From a virus (Duplodnaviria > Caudoviricetes): DNA of 49,495 nt. The stretch is taken from IMG/VR virus record IMGVR_UViG_3300020042_001945, positions 1 to 49,495 of that record; one strand, 5' to 3'. Positions 1 through 9,617 of the stretch are shown here, in pieces. A model generated the notes under the pieces. The model was not told where the DNA came from. It saw only the letters and a list, made by a program, of their open reading frames with translations, and did no database searches. The first letter of the stretch is position 1, and the number at the start of each line of letters is the position of its first letter. Both the position numbers and the translations under genes were made by a program.

Positions 1-1
1 G

Positions 2-1273
2 TTGCGTTATATGTACCATCCTCAGTTTTCTGGCCTACTGTTGCGCCACACTACAGAGGAACTTCGTGAACTGATCTGGAAAAGTCAGGAGATATACCCC
101 AAAATCATCCCCGGCATCAAGTGGAGTGAGCGTAGGATGCAGTGGGAAGCCCCATCTGGTGCCAAACTGTGGATGTCCTTCCTAGATAGGGACGAAGATG
201 TCATGCGATATCAGGGTTTGAGCTTCTCTTGGGTAGGTTTTGATGAGTTGACGCAGTGGAAGACCCCGTTTGCGTGGAATTATATGCGTTCTCGACTACG
301 AACAGGTGCATCTGACCTGCCAGTGTACATGAGAGCGACCACTAACCCCGGCGGTCCGGGACATTCGTGGGTAAAGAAGATGTTTATTGACCCTGCCGCA
401 TTCGGTGAAGCGTTTTATGCCACCGATATTGAGACAGGTGAGACAATGGTGTACCCAAAGGGGCATAGCCGTGAAGGCCAACCCCTGTTTAAGCGTAGAT
501 TCATCCCTGCTAAGCTGTATGACAACCCTGCACTGGCAGCTTCTGGTGATTATGAGACTATGTTGCTGTCTCTACCAGAGAATCAGCGTAAACAATTGCT
601 TGAAGGTAGCTGGGATGTAGCAGAAGGTGCAGCATTTAGTGAGTTTAACAGGGATATTCATGTAGTTGACCCCTATAATATACCCAATAACTGGACTAAA
701 TTCAGGGCTTGTGACTACGGATATGGCAGTTTTTCCTGTGTTTTATGGTTTGCTGTAGCACCAGATGAGTCCATTGTAGTGTACAGAGAACTGTATGTTA
801 CCAAGGTATTGGCAGAAGATTTGGCTGCTATGGTGCTAAATCTTGAACAAAATGAAAGTATACGGTATGGAGTTCTTGATAGTTCTACTTGGCATAAACG
901 TGGTGATACTGGCCCTTCAATTGCTGAGCGCATGATAATGCGTGGTTGTCGATGGCGACCCGCTGATCGCAGCGCTGGCAGCAGGGTGGCTGGTAAGAAT
1001 GAAGTGCATCGGCGTTTACAGGTTGATACCTTCACTGAGAAGCCACGAATGACAATCTTTAGCAGCTGCACACAATTGATTGCTGATTTGCCAACGATTC
1101 CTTTGGACAAAACAAACCCTGAAGACGTTGATACTAAAGTGAAGAACGATCACAGCTATGATGCTTTGAGATATGGACTTATGTCGCGGCCTAGAAGTGG
1201 CTCAATTTTTGATTATGACCCAAGTAGTCAAAAGCGTGGTATAACTGTCGCAGATACAACCTTTGGATACTAA
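2..1273 (+). CDS. terL: Terminase large subunit (5'-truncated by window edge)
   Basis: Walker B-like VGFDELT, coupling motif RATTNPGG, C-terminal RNase H-like nuclease motifs ACDYGY and DHSYDALRY; directly upstream of portal. Confidence 0.95.
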   Translation: MRYMYHPQFSGLLLRHTTEELRELIWKSQEIYPKIIPGIKWSERRMQWEAPSGAKLWMSFLDRDEDVMRYQGLSFSWVGFDELTQWKTPFAWNYMRSRLRTGASDLPVYMRATTNPGGPGHSWVKKMFIDPAAFGEAFYATDIETGETMVYPKGHSREGQPLFKRRFIPAKLYDNPALAASGDYETMLLSLPENQRKQLLEGSWDVAEGAAFSEFNRDIHVVDPYNIPNNWTKFRACDYGYGSFSCVLWFAVAPDESIVVYRELYVTKVLAEDLAAMVLNLEQNESIRYGVLDSSTWHKRGDTGPSIAERMIMRGCRWRPADRSAGSRVAGKNEVHRRLQVDTFTEKPRMTIFSSCTQLIADLPTIPLDKTNPEDVDTKVKNDHSYDALRYGLMSRPRSGSIFDYDPSSQKRGITVADTTFGY

Positions 1274-1280
1274 AAAACTT

Positions 1281-3398
1281 ATGGCTAATAACGATACACC
1301 ATTCATGGATGACAAATCCGTTGGGCTTGAAGACGGCAAGCAAGGCCAAGACGCTTTTGCTGGCAATGGCATTATCTCTTTTGTTCAAGAAAGATTTACC
1401 CGCGCTGAAGAAAGTCGCCGTTATGATGAACAGCGTTGGCTGAGGGCATACCGCAACTATCGAGGTATCTATTCCCCTGATGTTAAGTTCACTGAAGCTG
1501 AGAAGTCTCGTGTATTTATCAAAGTAACTAAGACTAAGACGCTGGCTGCATATGGTCAAATCACCGATGTCTTATTTGCCAACAACAGCTTCCCCCTTTC
1601 AATTGAACCCACCATCTTACCAGAAGGCATAGCCGAACACGTTCACATTGAAACCGCTGACAAGTCTGGTCAAGGCCAACCGGCAGAGACACCAGATGCT
1701 GGCGCTTTGTTTGGATACAAAGGCGATGGTAAAGGCTTACCTCCCGGTGCCACTGTGCAATCGTTGCTTGAGCGTCTTGGTCCTCTGAAGGATACGCTGA
1801 AGGATGAGAAGGTTATTGAAGGCGCTGGAGTTACACCAACCTCGTTGACATTTAGTCCGTCAATGGTTGCTGCCAAGAAGATGCAGAAGAAGATATTGGA
1901 TCAGCTGGATGAAAGCAATGCTAACAAGCAACTGCGTTCAGCTGCATTTGAGATGGCATTGTTTGGCACTGGCGTGATGAAGGGTCCATTTGGCGTTGAT
2001 AAAGAATATGCTAAGTGGGATGACAAGGGTGAGTATTCACCCACTATTAAAACAATACCACAAACATCCCATGTTAGTGTGTGGGACTTCTATCCAGACC
2101 CCGATGCTAATAATACTGGGGAAGCACAGTTTATAATTGAGCGTCACAAGATGAGTAAGACACAAGTGCTTGCTCTGAAGAAGCGTCCGATGTTCCGTAA
2201 GAATGTCATTGACGAAGTGGTGGCACAGGGTGAGAACTATACCAAGAAGTATTGGGAAGATGACCTCAATGACTTTGCTCCAAACTATGGCGTTGAGCGC
2301 TTTGAGGTGCATGAGTATTGGGGCAATGTCAGCGTTGAGTTGCTGATTGCTAATGACATCACCATTCCCAAAGAACTTAAAGACTATGATGATTTGCAAG
2401 CCAACATCTGGTATTGCAATGGCAAGGTTATTCGACTTGTCCTCAATCCATTCAAGCCTTCTCGCATTCCATATTATGCCGTTCCATACGAACTCAATCC
2501 CTACTCCATCTTTGGTATTGGCATTGCTGAAAACATGGACGATACACAGACGCTGATGAATGGCTTCATGCGTATGGGTGTTGACAATGCTGTGCTGTCT
2601 GGCAACTTGGTGTTTGAGATTGATGAAACCAATTTGGTGCCGGGTCAAGACATGTCAATTTTCCCCGGCAAAATCTTTCGCCGTCAAGGCGGCGCTCCGG
2701 GTCAGTCGTTGTTTGGTACAAAGTTTCCAAACGTGTCGCAAGAGAACATGCAAATGTTTGACAAGGCGCGTCAGCTTGCTGATGAGTCTACAGGATTGCC
2801 ATCGTTCTCGCATGGACAAACAGGTGTAGCAGGTGTTGGTCGTACAGCCAGTGGTATTTCAATGTTGATGAACGCTGCTTCTGGCGGTATCAAAACTGTG
2901 ATTAAGAACATTGATGACTACTTGCTCCGTCCAATGGGTGAGGCGTTCTTCAGTTTCAATATGCAGTTTGACTACGATGCTGAAGCTGCTGGAGATTTAG
3001 AAGTGAGGGCGCGTGGTACAGAGAGCTTGATGCAAAATGAAGTTCGTAGTCAGCGTCTGCTTCAGTTCTTGCAAGTTGTACAGAATCCAACACTTGCTCC
3101 ATTTGCTAAGATGCCTTACATCATTCGTGAGATTGCTAAGAGCATGGACCTCGATCCTGATCTTGTTAGCAACAACATGGATGAAGCTGCACGACAGGCT
3201 CTTGTGCTTCAACGTATGCAACCCCCTGAGCCAATGGCTGGCGCTGCTCCAGCGGCTGCTGGCGGTCCTCCTTCACCAATGGATACATCTGGTGGTGGCG
3301 GTGGCAACATCGGTGTTGGTCAAGCCCCTGCTCCCGGCATGGATGGCTTTAGTGGCGCTCCTGCCGGTGCTGCTGCTGCAATGGGGCCAATGCAATGA
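1281..3398 (+). CDS. Portal protein
   Basis: About 705 aa after terL; GTGVMKGP, VSVWDFYPDP, FGIGIAE and RTASGISML segments typical of podovirus portals; low-complexity Gly/Pro tail. ATG at 1281 preferred over the TTG at 1263, which overlaps terL. Confidence 0.92.
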   Translation: MANNDTPFMDDKSVGLEDGKQGQDAFAGNGIISFVQERFTRAEESRRYDEQRWLRAYRNYRGIYSPDVKFTEAEKSRVFIKVTKTKTLAAYGQITDVLFANNSFPLSIEPTILPEGIAEHVHIETADKSGQGQPAETPDAGALFGYKGDGKGLPPGATVQSLLERLGPLKDTLKDEKVIEGAGVTPTSLTFSPSMVAAKKMQKKILDQLDESNANKQLRSAAFEMALFGTGVMKGPFGVDKEYAKWDDKGEYSPTIKTIPQTSHVSVWDFYPDPDANNTGEAQFIIERHKMSKTQVLALKKRPMFRKNVIDEVVAQGENYTKKYWEDDLNDFAPNYGVERFEVHEYWGNVSVELLIANDITIPKELKDYDDLQANIWYCNGKVIRLVLNPFKPSRIPYYAVPYELNPYSIFGIGIAENMDDTQTLMNGFMRMGVDNAVLSGNLVFEIDETNLVPGQDMSIFPGKIFRRQGGAPGQSLFGTKFPNVSQENMQMFDKARQLADESTGLPSFSHGQTGVAGVGRTASGISMLMNAASGGIKTVIKNIDDYLLRPMGEAFFSFNMQFDYDAEAAGDLEVRARGTESLMQNEVRSQRLLQFLQVVQNPTLAPFAKMPYIIREIAKSMDLDPDLVSNNMDEAARQALVLQRMQPPEPMAGAAPAAAGGPPSPMDTSGGGGGNIGVGQAPAPGMDGFSGAPAGAAAAMGPMQ

Positions 3399-3616
3399 TC
3401 GTAGAGAAGCCTTGGCTTTCTAAGCTTAAACCCTTTGCATACAACAACATTCAATGGGAAGCCTTTCAAGAAATGATTGATGCTCAAATTGACATGAACA
3501 TTCGTAAGCTTGAAGCATCTGTTGAGCCTGTTGATATCTATCGCGCTCAGGGTGCGGTTATGGCTTTGAAACAATTGAAACATCTGCGCGATGAAATTGC
3601 TAAAGGGGATAAGTGA
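3395..3616 (+). CDS. Small helical protein following portal
   Basis: ATGA overlap with portal; IYRAQG...L..LK.LRDE pattern often seen in the small gene after portals of this phage type. Confidence 0.75.
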   Translation: MIVEKPWLSKLKPFAYNNIQWEAFQEMIDAQIDMNIRKLEASVEPVDIYRAQGAVMALKQLKHLRDEIAKGDK

Positions 3617-5979
3617 TGGGTATTGCTAGCGCACTTATTAAACCAATGGTGAAGTCTGCTGTAAAGAAAGTAGATGACATAGCTCCTAAAGTTCTTGGTG
3701 AAACACTTGAAGAGGCTGCACCAGTTGCAACCAAATCTATTTCTGGTGTTGTTAAAACTCCAGAGGCTACTAAGTCTTCCTTTGTTGCACCACGACTTGA
3801 TCGTACAGAAGACTTAGGTGTTGAGCCACCTTTGATTGCTGAAACTGGCAAAGATGCATTCGAAGCTCTTGGTATGACACCAGAGAAGAAAGAAGCATGG
3901 CGTAGTGTTAATAAGAAGTCACAGCGCTCTAAGCTCTTACCAGAAATTGAAGACGCAGCACAGCAGCTTTCTGAAAACAAAATTACATCCGAACAGTTTA
4001 GACAAATCTCTAAAGATAAGCAACCGATTGTTGCGCTAGACAAAGTTCCAGATATGCCAGCGTATGAGGACATCAGCGGCGCTCTCACTGACTCTCAAGT
4101 CAAGAAGGGTATTGTTGGACTCAACTTAAAGATACCAGCAGGAGAGCGAGTGTCTTCTCGCCTTGATATTCCTGCCTACAACGACTACGACACATGGGTT
4201 GTTTCTCTGCATGATGGCACTAAGAAAAGCGGTGCAGCTGTTGCATATGCTAAGACAGCAGTGCTGCGTAATGTTGAGTTTGTATCTGACCCAAAGGTGG
4301 CGCTTGACATTGCAAGGCGTAAACCGCTTGCATCTGGTGGTCGTATGGGTAAGGCTACCATTGCTCGTATCTTTGGTGATTGGGTTCCTCACAATCCAGA
4401 CAACGCAAAGACTTTTGCTGAGAAGATATTCAAAGACCCTGAATGGACACAGGTCGGTATGAATCCATATCGAGCCAGTTATTTTTATGATAAGGCAGAT
4501 GGCTTGCCAGTTACCTTTGCCGATGAAGTTGTACAGATTGGACCACTAGTTATGGCAAAGAATGTTAAGAAGACAACACCAGATAATCCTATGTTTAAAA
4601 TTGATCAAAAACAACCGACTAGTCCAACCTTTGCCGAAGGCGGCGCTGTTGCACAAACAGACAGCATGCTTGCTGATGGTGGCATGATGGAAGAGGGTGG
4701 CGCTGTTGACCCTGTTTCTGGCAATGATGTTCCCACTGGTTCTCTTAAAGAAGAAGTGCGTGATGACATTGACGCAAGTCTGAGTCCGGGCGAGTTTGTT
4801 CTTCCTGCTGATGTTGTTCGATACATTGGTCTTGAGAAACTGATGAAGATTCGTGATGCTGCCAAAGAAGGTTTGAAACGAATGGAAGAAGTTGGTCAGA
4901 TGGGTAATGCTGAAGAAGCTCCAAAGGCTAACGAAGCTTTTGAAGAAGACGATGAATTCAACAGCAGCATTGATGAGATTATGTCTGAGGTTGATAACGA
5001 AGAGCAGACAGTTAAGATGGCTGCTGGTGGTTTTATGTCAGGTCAGTATACAGAAGGAATGAAATTCAATCCAGTTGTTGATGTTCGTTATTTTAAACAT
5101 GCCGATGGTCGTGTCATTTATGTTACATACATTAATGATAAACCATTAACTGCGATTCCAGAAGGATTCACTCAGACGGATACACCAGTTGAGCAAAAGG
5201 TTGGTAAAGAAGCTGAAGATGCAGCCGCTGCCGCAGCTGCTCGTGCTAATGCTGGCGCTGGTAGTAGTGGTGGTGGTGGTGGAGGTATTGACCAGCCTCT
5301 AAGTCAACAAACTCTTGACTTCTTTGCCAAAGAAACTGAAGACCAAAGAAATGAACGCATGGGGAAAGTCAATGATTTCCTGCAACAAGTTGTAAACGTT
5401 GTTGTTCCCGGAGCAGGACTCATTAACGCACTGCCGAGTATTATATCAAGCCCAATTGTTGGTGCCATTGCAAATACTTTTGGTAGCAGACAAGACCCAA
5501 ATCTTGCAGAAGTTGAAGATGCGGTGCCAAGGTCAGTTGCTGACATTAGAGGACAGACCGAATCACCTTTCAACCGTGAAGAAGCTGTACGCCAAGCTTC
5601 TCAAGAATTATTTAGAGCCAGTGAAATTGCCGACATGAATTCAGCGGCTGAAGCTGCACAAGCAGAGGCAGCCCGTCAAGCTGCCCAAGAAAGTTTCAGA
5701 TTTACTGAGTTAAACCAGCAAAACGCTGATGCACAAGCAGAGGCACAAGCAGAGGCAGCCCGTCAAGCTGCCCAAGAAAGTTTCAGATTTACTGAGCTAA
5801 CTCAACAAAATCAGGATTCAACCCCCAGCGGTGGCGGCTACAACGCTAGCGATTATGGTGGCTACAGTGGTTCTGAAACTCAGTCTAGCGGCGAATCCTA
5901 CGCCAACTATAAAGGCGGCTTCATAAAAAAGAAAAAGAATGTTGTTGTTAAATCTAAAAGAGGACTTGCTTCTAGATAA
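3616..5979 (+). CDS. Large putative virion/internal protein, multi-module
   Basis: 787-aa ORF with SD AAGGGGA; DDIDASLSPGEFVLPADVVR motif, several AxGG motifs, low-complexity repetitive C-terminus; lies between portal and scaffold. Confidence 0.7.
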   Translation: MGIASALIKPMVKSAVKKVDDIAPKVLGETLEEAAPVATKSISGVVKTPEATKSSFVAPRLDRTEDLGVEPPLIAETGKDAFEALGMTPEKKEAWRSVNKKSQRSKLLPEIEDAAQQLSENKITSEQFRQISKDKQPIVALDKVPDMPAYEDISGALTDSQVKKGIVGLNLKIPAGERVSSRLDIPAYNDYDTWVVSLHDGTKKSGAAVAYAKTAVLRNVEFVSDPKVALDIARRKPLASGGRMGKATIARIFGDWVPHNPDNAKTFAEKIFKDPEWTQVGMNPYRASYFYDKADGLPVTFADEVVQIGPLVMAKNVKKTTPDNPMFKIDQKQPTSPTFAEGGAVAQTDSMLADGGMMEEGGAVDPVSGNDVPTGSLKEEVRDDIDASLSPGEFVLPADVVRYIGLEKLMKIRDAAKEGLKRMEEVGQMGNAEEAPKANEAFEEDDEFNSSIDEIMSEVDNEEQTVKMAAGGFMSGQYTEGMKFNPVVDVRYFKHADGRVIYVTYINDKPLTAIPEGFTQTDTPVEQKVGKEAEDAAAAAAARANAGAGSSGGGGGGIDQPLSQQTLDFFAKETEDQRNERMGKVNDFLQQVVNVVVPGAGLINALPSIISSPIVGAIANTFGSRQDPNLAEVEDAVPRSVADIRGQTESPFNREEAVRQASQELFRASEIADMNSAAEAAQAEAARQAAQESFRFTELNQQNADAQAEAQAEAARQAAQESFRFTELTQQNQDSTPSGGGYNASDYGGYSGSETQSSGESYANYKGGFIKKKKNVVVKSKRGLASR
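5656..5796 (+). repeat. Perfect 54-bp in-frame direct repeat (5656-5709 and 5743-5796)
   Basis: GCACAAGCAGAGGCAGCCCGTCAAGCTGCCCAAGAAAGTTTCAGATTTACTGAG occurs twice, encoding AQAEAARQAAQESFRFTE; a degenerate third copy (EAVRQASQELFRASE) lies just upstream. Confidence 0.95.
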
Positions 5980-6105
5980 TAGTGTATAATATGAATACTA
6001 TAACCAGTGGTGGGCTGGCTAGTAATTAATATCTTCCCACCATTAATGGCTACCTATTCCCCAAGCAGAGCTTGGCTTACATTAGCCCCAACCTTTGGAA
6101 ACTAA

Positions 6106-6978
6106 ATGACAGATGTCGTAATACCGCAACAAGTAAAAGTTGCTGCCTTTGCTAAACGTAATAAGAATACTGATCGTATCGAACAGGATGAAGAAGAGAT
6201 TCGCCAATTGGAAGAGAAGCGTAATGCTCCACCAGTTGAGCCTGTTAAGAAAGACGATGACCTTGATGGTCCAGAACCAACTGATGCTGAAGAGAAGACT
6301 TTCAAGAAGCGGTATGGTGATCTGCGTAGGCATTCACAAAAGATTCAGCACGATCTGCAAACTCAACTTGATTCTATAAAAGAACAACTTGAGAAGACAG
6401 CTGCTAAAGAAATGAAGCTTCCATCAAGTGAAGCTGATCTTGCCCAATGGATGCAATCATATCCAGATGTTGCAAAGATTGTTGAAACTATTGCCATGAA
6501 GAAGGCAAAGGAACAATCTCAGGGTATTGAAGAACGACTCAAACGCATTGATGATCTTGAGAAACAAGCGCTGATTGATAAGGCTGAAGCCGATCTAATG
6601 CGTCTGCATCCAGACTTTGCTCAGATTAAACAGGACGATGAGTTCCATGATTGGGTGGAGCAGCAACCTAAATGGCTGCAACAAGCCCTGTATGAGAACG
6701 ATACTGACGCTGTTGCCGCTTCTCGTGCCATTGATTTGTACAAAGCTGATAAAGGCATCAAGACTCGTACTAAGAAAGATGACATTAAAGACGCTGCGCG
6801 TAGTGTTAATACTCGCTTTGAACGCAATGCACCATCAGCTACTAATACAGAAGGTGTATTTTCAGAGAGTCAAGTTGACAAAATGACGATTCAACAATAT
6901 GAGGCTAATGAAGAAGCCATTGTTGCATCCATGCGTAATGGTACATTTATTCGTGATTTGTCCGGTGGCGCTCGATAA
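6106..6978 (+). CDS. Capsid scaffolding protein
   Basis: Acidic coiled-coil protein directly upstream of the capsid gene; FKKRYGDLRRH, HPDF and F..WV..QP patterns. Confidence 0.85.
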   Translation: MTDVVIPQQVKVAAFAKRNKNTDRIEQDEEEIRQLEEKRNAPPVEPVKKDDDLDGPEPTDAEEKTFKKRYGDLRRHSQKIQHDLQTQLDSIKEQLEKTAAKEMKLPSSEADLAQWMQSYPDVAKIVETIAMKKAKEQSQGIEERLKRIDDLEKQALIDKAEADLMRLHPDFAQIKQDDEFHDWVEQQPKWLQQALYENDTDAVAASRAIDLYKADKGIKTRTKKDDIKDAARSVNTRFERNAPSATNTEGVFSESQVDKMTIQQYEANEEAIVASMRNGTFIRDLSGGAR

Positions 6979-6981
6979 CAC

Positions 6982-7010
6982 TTGACAAGTTTATAACTAT
7001 GTAATATAAC
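6982..7010 (+). promoter_or_regulatory. Sigma70-type promoter for major capsid gene
   Basis: TTGACA (6982-6987), 17-nt spacer, TATAAC (7005-7010). Confidence 0.8.
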
Positions 7011-7212
7011 TTACCTTAATTCCGTGGTGAAAAAAGTAGCTCTTTTAGTAACCACGGTTTAGTATCGCAAGTAACAAGTTACCCGATAACCCTACATCGT
7101 TAGCCGTCAGTTGAAAATATAACTAGTGTATTTTTTGTTGACCACCTATAGTATTGAGGCCCGATAGACTGATACCTGTGAATGTTTCAAGCCTAATATA
7201 AAGGAAACTATC

Positions 7213-8283
7213 ATGGCTTTTCAATCAGCTGCCAATTATGGCAATCTACCCAATGGCAATTTTTCGCCAGTTATCTATAGTAAGAAGGTACAAGTAGCCT
7301 TCCGCAAATCATCTGTGGTTCAAGCAATCACTAATACCGACTACTTCGGTGAAATCAATTCTTATGGCGATAGCGTTAAAGTTATCAAAGAGCCAGAGAT
7401 CACCGTCAATGCCTACGCTCGTGGCACACAAGTGACTTCGCAAGACTTGGAAGACAGTGACTTCACCCTCCAAGTTGACAAGGCCAACTATTTCTCGTTC
7501 AAGATGGACGATATTGAAGCTGCTCACTCGCATGTCAACTTCATGCAGATGGCAACTGATCGTGCTGGCTATCGCCTCAAGGATCAGTTCGATGCTGAAA
7601 TCTTGGGTTATCTGTCTGGCTACTCACAGTCTACCATTGGTGCCGTTGCTAATGCTGTCAACACCACTGTGTCTGGCACCAAAGCTGTCTCCACCGCTGG
7701 CTCTGATGAACTGTTGACTACAATGAAGTTGATCAAAAGCAGCTTCACCAACATCACCACTGCTTCCGCTGGCGATCATTCGATCCCTATCGCACCACGC
7801 CTTCCCGGCGCTACTGCTTTGCCTACAGCCACCGCTTCCCCATTGATGATGATCGCTCGTATGGGTCGTTTGCTCGACCAACAGAACGTGGACACCAATG
7901 GTCGTTGGTTGGTGCTTGACCCAATCTTGGTCGAGATGCTGAAAGACGAAGATAGCCGCTTGCTGAATGGCGACTTTGGTGGCTCTGGTCTGCAAAACGG
8001 CCTGATCTTGAACAACCTGCATGGCTTCAAGGTGTATGTGTCTAACAACCTGCCAAAGGTTGGCACTGGTCCCGGCACTGCTGGTACTGCTAACCAGAAC
8101 TCCAACTATGGTGTGATCGTTGCTGGTCATGACAGCGCTGTTGCCTCTGCTGAGCAGATCAACAAGACTGAGACATATCGTGACCCTGACAGCTTCGCTG
8201 ACATTGTTCGCGGCATGCACCTCTATGGTCGCAAAATCTTGCGTCCTGAAGCTCTGGTCACTGCCAAGTTCAACGTAGCTTAA
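7213..8283 (+). CDS. Major capsid protein
   Basis: 356 aa, SD AAAGGAAA; F.P.IYSKKV, ITNTDYFGEI...GD.V, and C-terminal FADIVRGMHLYGRKILRPEAL typical of N4/P22-coat-like capsids; codon bias of a highly expressed gene. Confidence 0.93.
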   Translation: MAFQSAANYGNLPNGNFSPVIYSKKVQVAFRKSSVVQAITNTDYFGEINSYGDSVKVIKEPEITVNAYARGTQVTSQDLEDSDFTLQVDKANYFSFKMDDIEAAHSHVNFMQMATDRAGYRLKDQFDAEILGYLSGYSQSTIGAVANAVNTTVSGTKAVSTAGSDELLTTMKLIKSSFTNITTASAGDHSIPIAPRLPGATALPTATASPLMMIARMGRLLDQQNVDTNGRWLVLDPILVEMLKDEDSRLLNGDFGGSGLQNGLILNNLHGFKVYVSNNLPKVGTGPGTAGTANQNSNYGVIVAGHDSAVASAEQINKTETYRDPDSFADIVRGMHLYGRKILRPEALVTAKFNVA

Positions 8284-8290
8284 AGCAACA

Positions 8291-8317
8291 GAGGAGGGCT
8301 TCGGCCCTCTTCGTTTC
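8291..8317 (+). terminator. Hairpin after capsid gene (probably leaky intrinsic terminator)
   Basis: GAGGAGGGC-TTCG-GCCCTCTTC stem with C(UUCG)G tetraloop and weak GTTTC tail. Confidence 0.7.
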
Positions 8318-8342
8318 AAACTCTTAACAAAGGAAATTTATC

Positions 8343-8837
8343 ATGGCAACTATTGATCTCTCCAGCGGTATTGGTAATGGGCAACACCATTCCCGTTCGC
8401 TTGGTCGTCTCCCTTATGTGGTTGAAAAAACCATCAACTTCGCAACTGCTACCACCTCTAAAGGTAGCGCGTTGGCTGCTGCTGATGTCATCGAAGCAAT
8501 TGACGTTCCTGCACAATCCGTTGTGTTGAACGCTGGTTACGAAGTGACTGCCACCATCACTGGTGACGTTACTATTGACGTTGGTGTCACTGGCATTGAC
8601 GCTGATAACTTTGTTGACGGCGCTACGCTGGCTGCTGCTACCTCAGTTGGCGCTTTTGCTCAAAACGCTGCTGCTTTCCAGCCTGTCGTAATTGGTGCTA
8701 GTGCTGACACCATTGACTTGCTGATCGCCACTTCGACCACCGCTATCTCCGCTGGAACAGTGCGGGTGTGGGCTTTGATTGTGGATGTGTCTGACAACGA
8801 TGCTCCCGGCGCTGCTGACCGCGACCAACTGGCTTAA
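8343..8837 (+). CDS. Putative capsid decoration/cement protein
   Basis: 164-aa beta-rich Ala/Thr/Val protein right after the capsid gene, strong SD AAAGGAAA. Confidence 0.7.
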   Translation: MATIDLSSGIGNGQHHSRSLGRLPYVVEKTINFATATTSKGSALAAADVIEAIDVPAQSVVLNAGYEVTATITGDVTIDVGVTGIDADNFVDGATLAAATSVGAFAQNAAAFQPVVIGASADTIDLLIATSTTAISAGTVRVWALIVDVSDNDAPGAADRDQLA

Positions 8838-8849
8838 TAGCTAGTAAAC

Positions 8850-8887
8850 AAGGAAGCCCTCACAAGGGGCTTTCTTATTTCCTATTT
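8850..8887 (+). terminator. Intrinsic terminator
   Basis: AAGGAAGCCCT-CACAA-GGGGCTTTCTT stem followed by T-rich ATTTCCTATTT. Confidence 0.7.
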
Positions 8888-8900
8888 CCAGATAACAAAT

Positions 8901-9617
8901 ATGTCATCAACCTACCTTGCTCTTACGAATGAATTGCTGCGCCGCTTGAATGAAGTAGAGCTTGACTCTACCAACTTCGCTGCTGCCCGTAATGTCCAAG
9001 CTCTTGCTAAAGACTCCATCAATTCATCCATAAGGGAAGTGCTTCATTCTGGACAAGAATGGCCTTTCACACTTATTACATATCCACAGACTCTCACTGT
9101 AGGTCAAGCATCTTATTCATTTCCATCTGACTTGAGCAGTGTTGATTGGGAAAGCTTCTACATTAAGAAGCTCAACGATAGCAATGAACCCGGCAAGTTG
9201 CCTGTCATTACATATGTTGAATATGTAGATAAGCATCGTGGTCAAGATGAAACAAGTGGCACAGGTGGATATGGTCCGACTAGTGTAGTTAGCCAGACTC
9301 AAGAATCAAAGTTTCTTGTGTCTCCACCACCAGACCAAGCTTATATCATTGAATATAAATACTGGAGCTTTCCAGCTTCTCTAACTTTGTTCTCAAGCGT
9401 TTGCTCTATTCCAGAGCGTTTTAACAATGTAATCATTGACGGTGCTATGATGTTCATGATGCTGTTCCGTAGCAATGAACAAAGCGCTGCCATTCATAAA
9501 GACAAGTTTGAACAAGGCATCAAAGGTATGCGCCGCTTGCTCATGGATGAGCCATTGTACATGCGTTCTACAATGATTATGAAGCCAATCACATCCTTCA
9601 GGGTGCTGAATGGCTGA
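8901..9617 (+). CDS. Head-tail adaptor (tail tubular protein A-like)
   Basis: N-terminal TYL.L.N.LL.RLNE, WPF and P.PD..Y.I.Y.Y patterns; position after capsid genes. Confidence 0.8.
   Translation: MSSTYLALTNELLRRLNEVELDSTNFAAARNVQALAKDSINSSIREVLHSGQEWPFTLITYPQTLTVGQASYSFPSDLSSVDWESFYIKKLNDSNEPGKLPVITYVEYVDKHRGQDETSGTGGYGPTSVVSQTQESKFLVSPPPDQAYIIEYKYWSFPASLTLFSSVCSIPERFNNVIIDGAMMFMMLFRSNEQSAAIHKDKFEQGIKGMRRLLMDEPLYMRSTMIMKPITSFRVLNG

Noticed and set aside
5966-5990. Sigma70 promoter for scaffold gene (TTGCTT...TATAAT)
   Set aside because: Spacer is only 13 nt; the -10 is perfect but there is no properly spaced -35, so it is not listed as a feature.
7624-8319. 231-aa antisense ORF to the capsid gene and similar antisense/alternate-frame ORFs in the track
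   Set aside because: Shadow ORFs expected from codon bias; no RBS or recognisable motifs.
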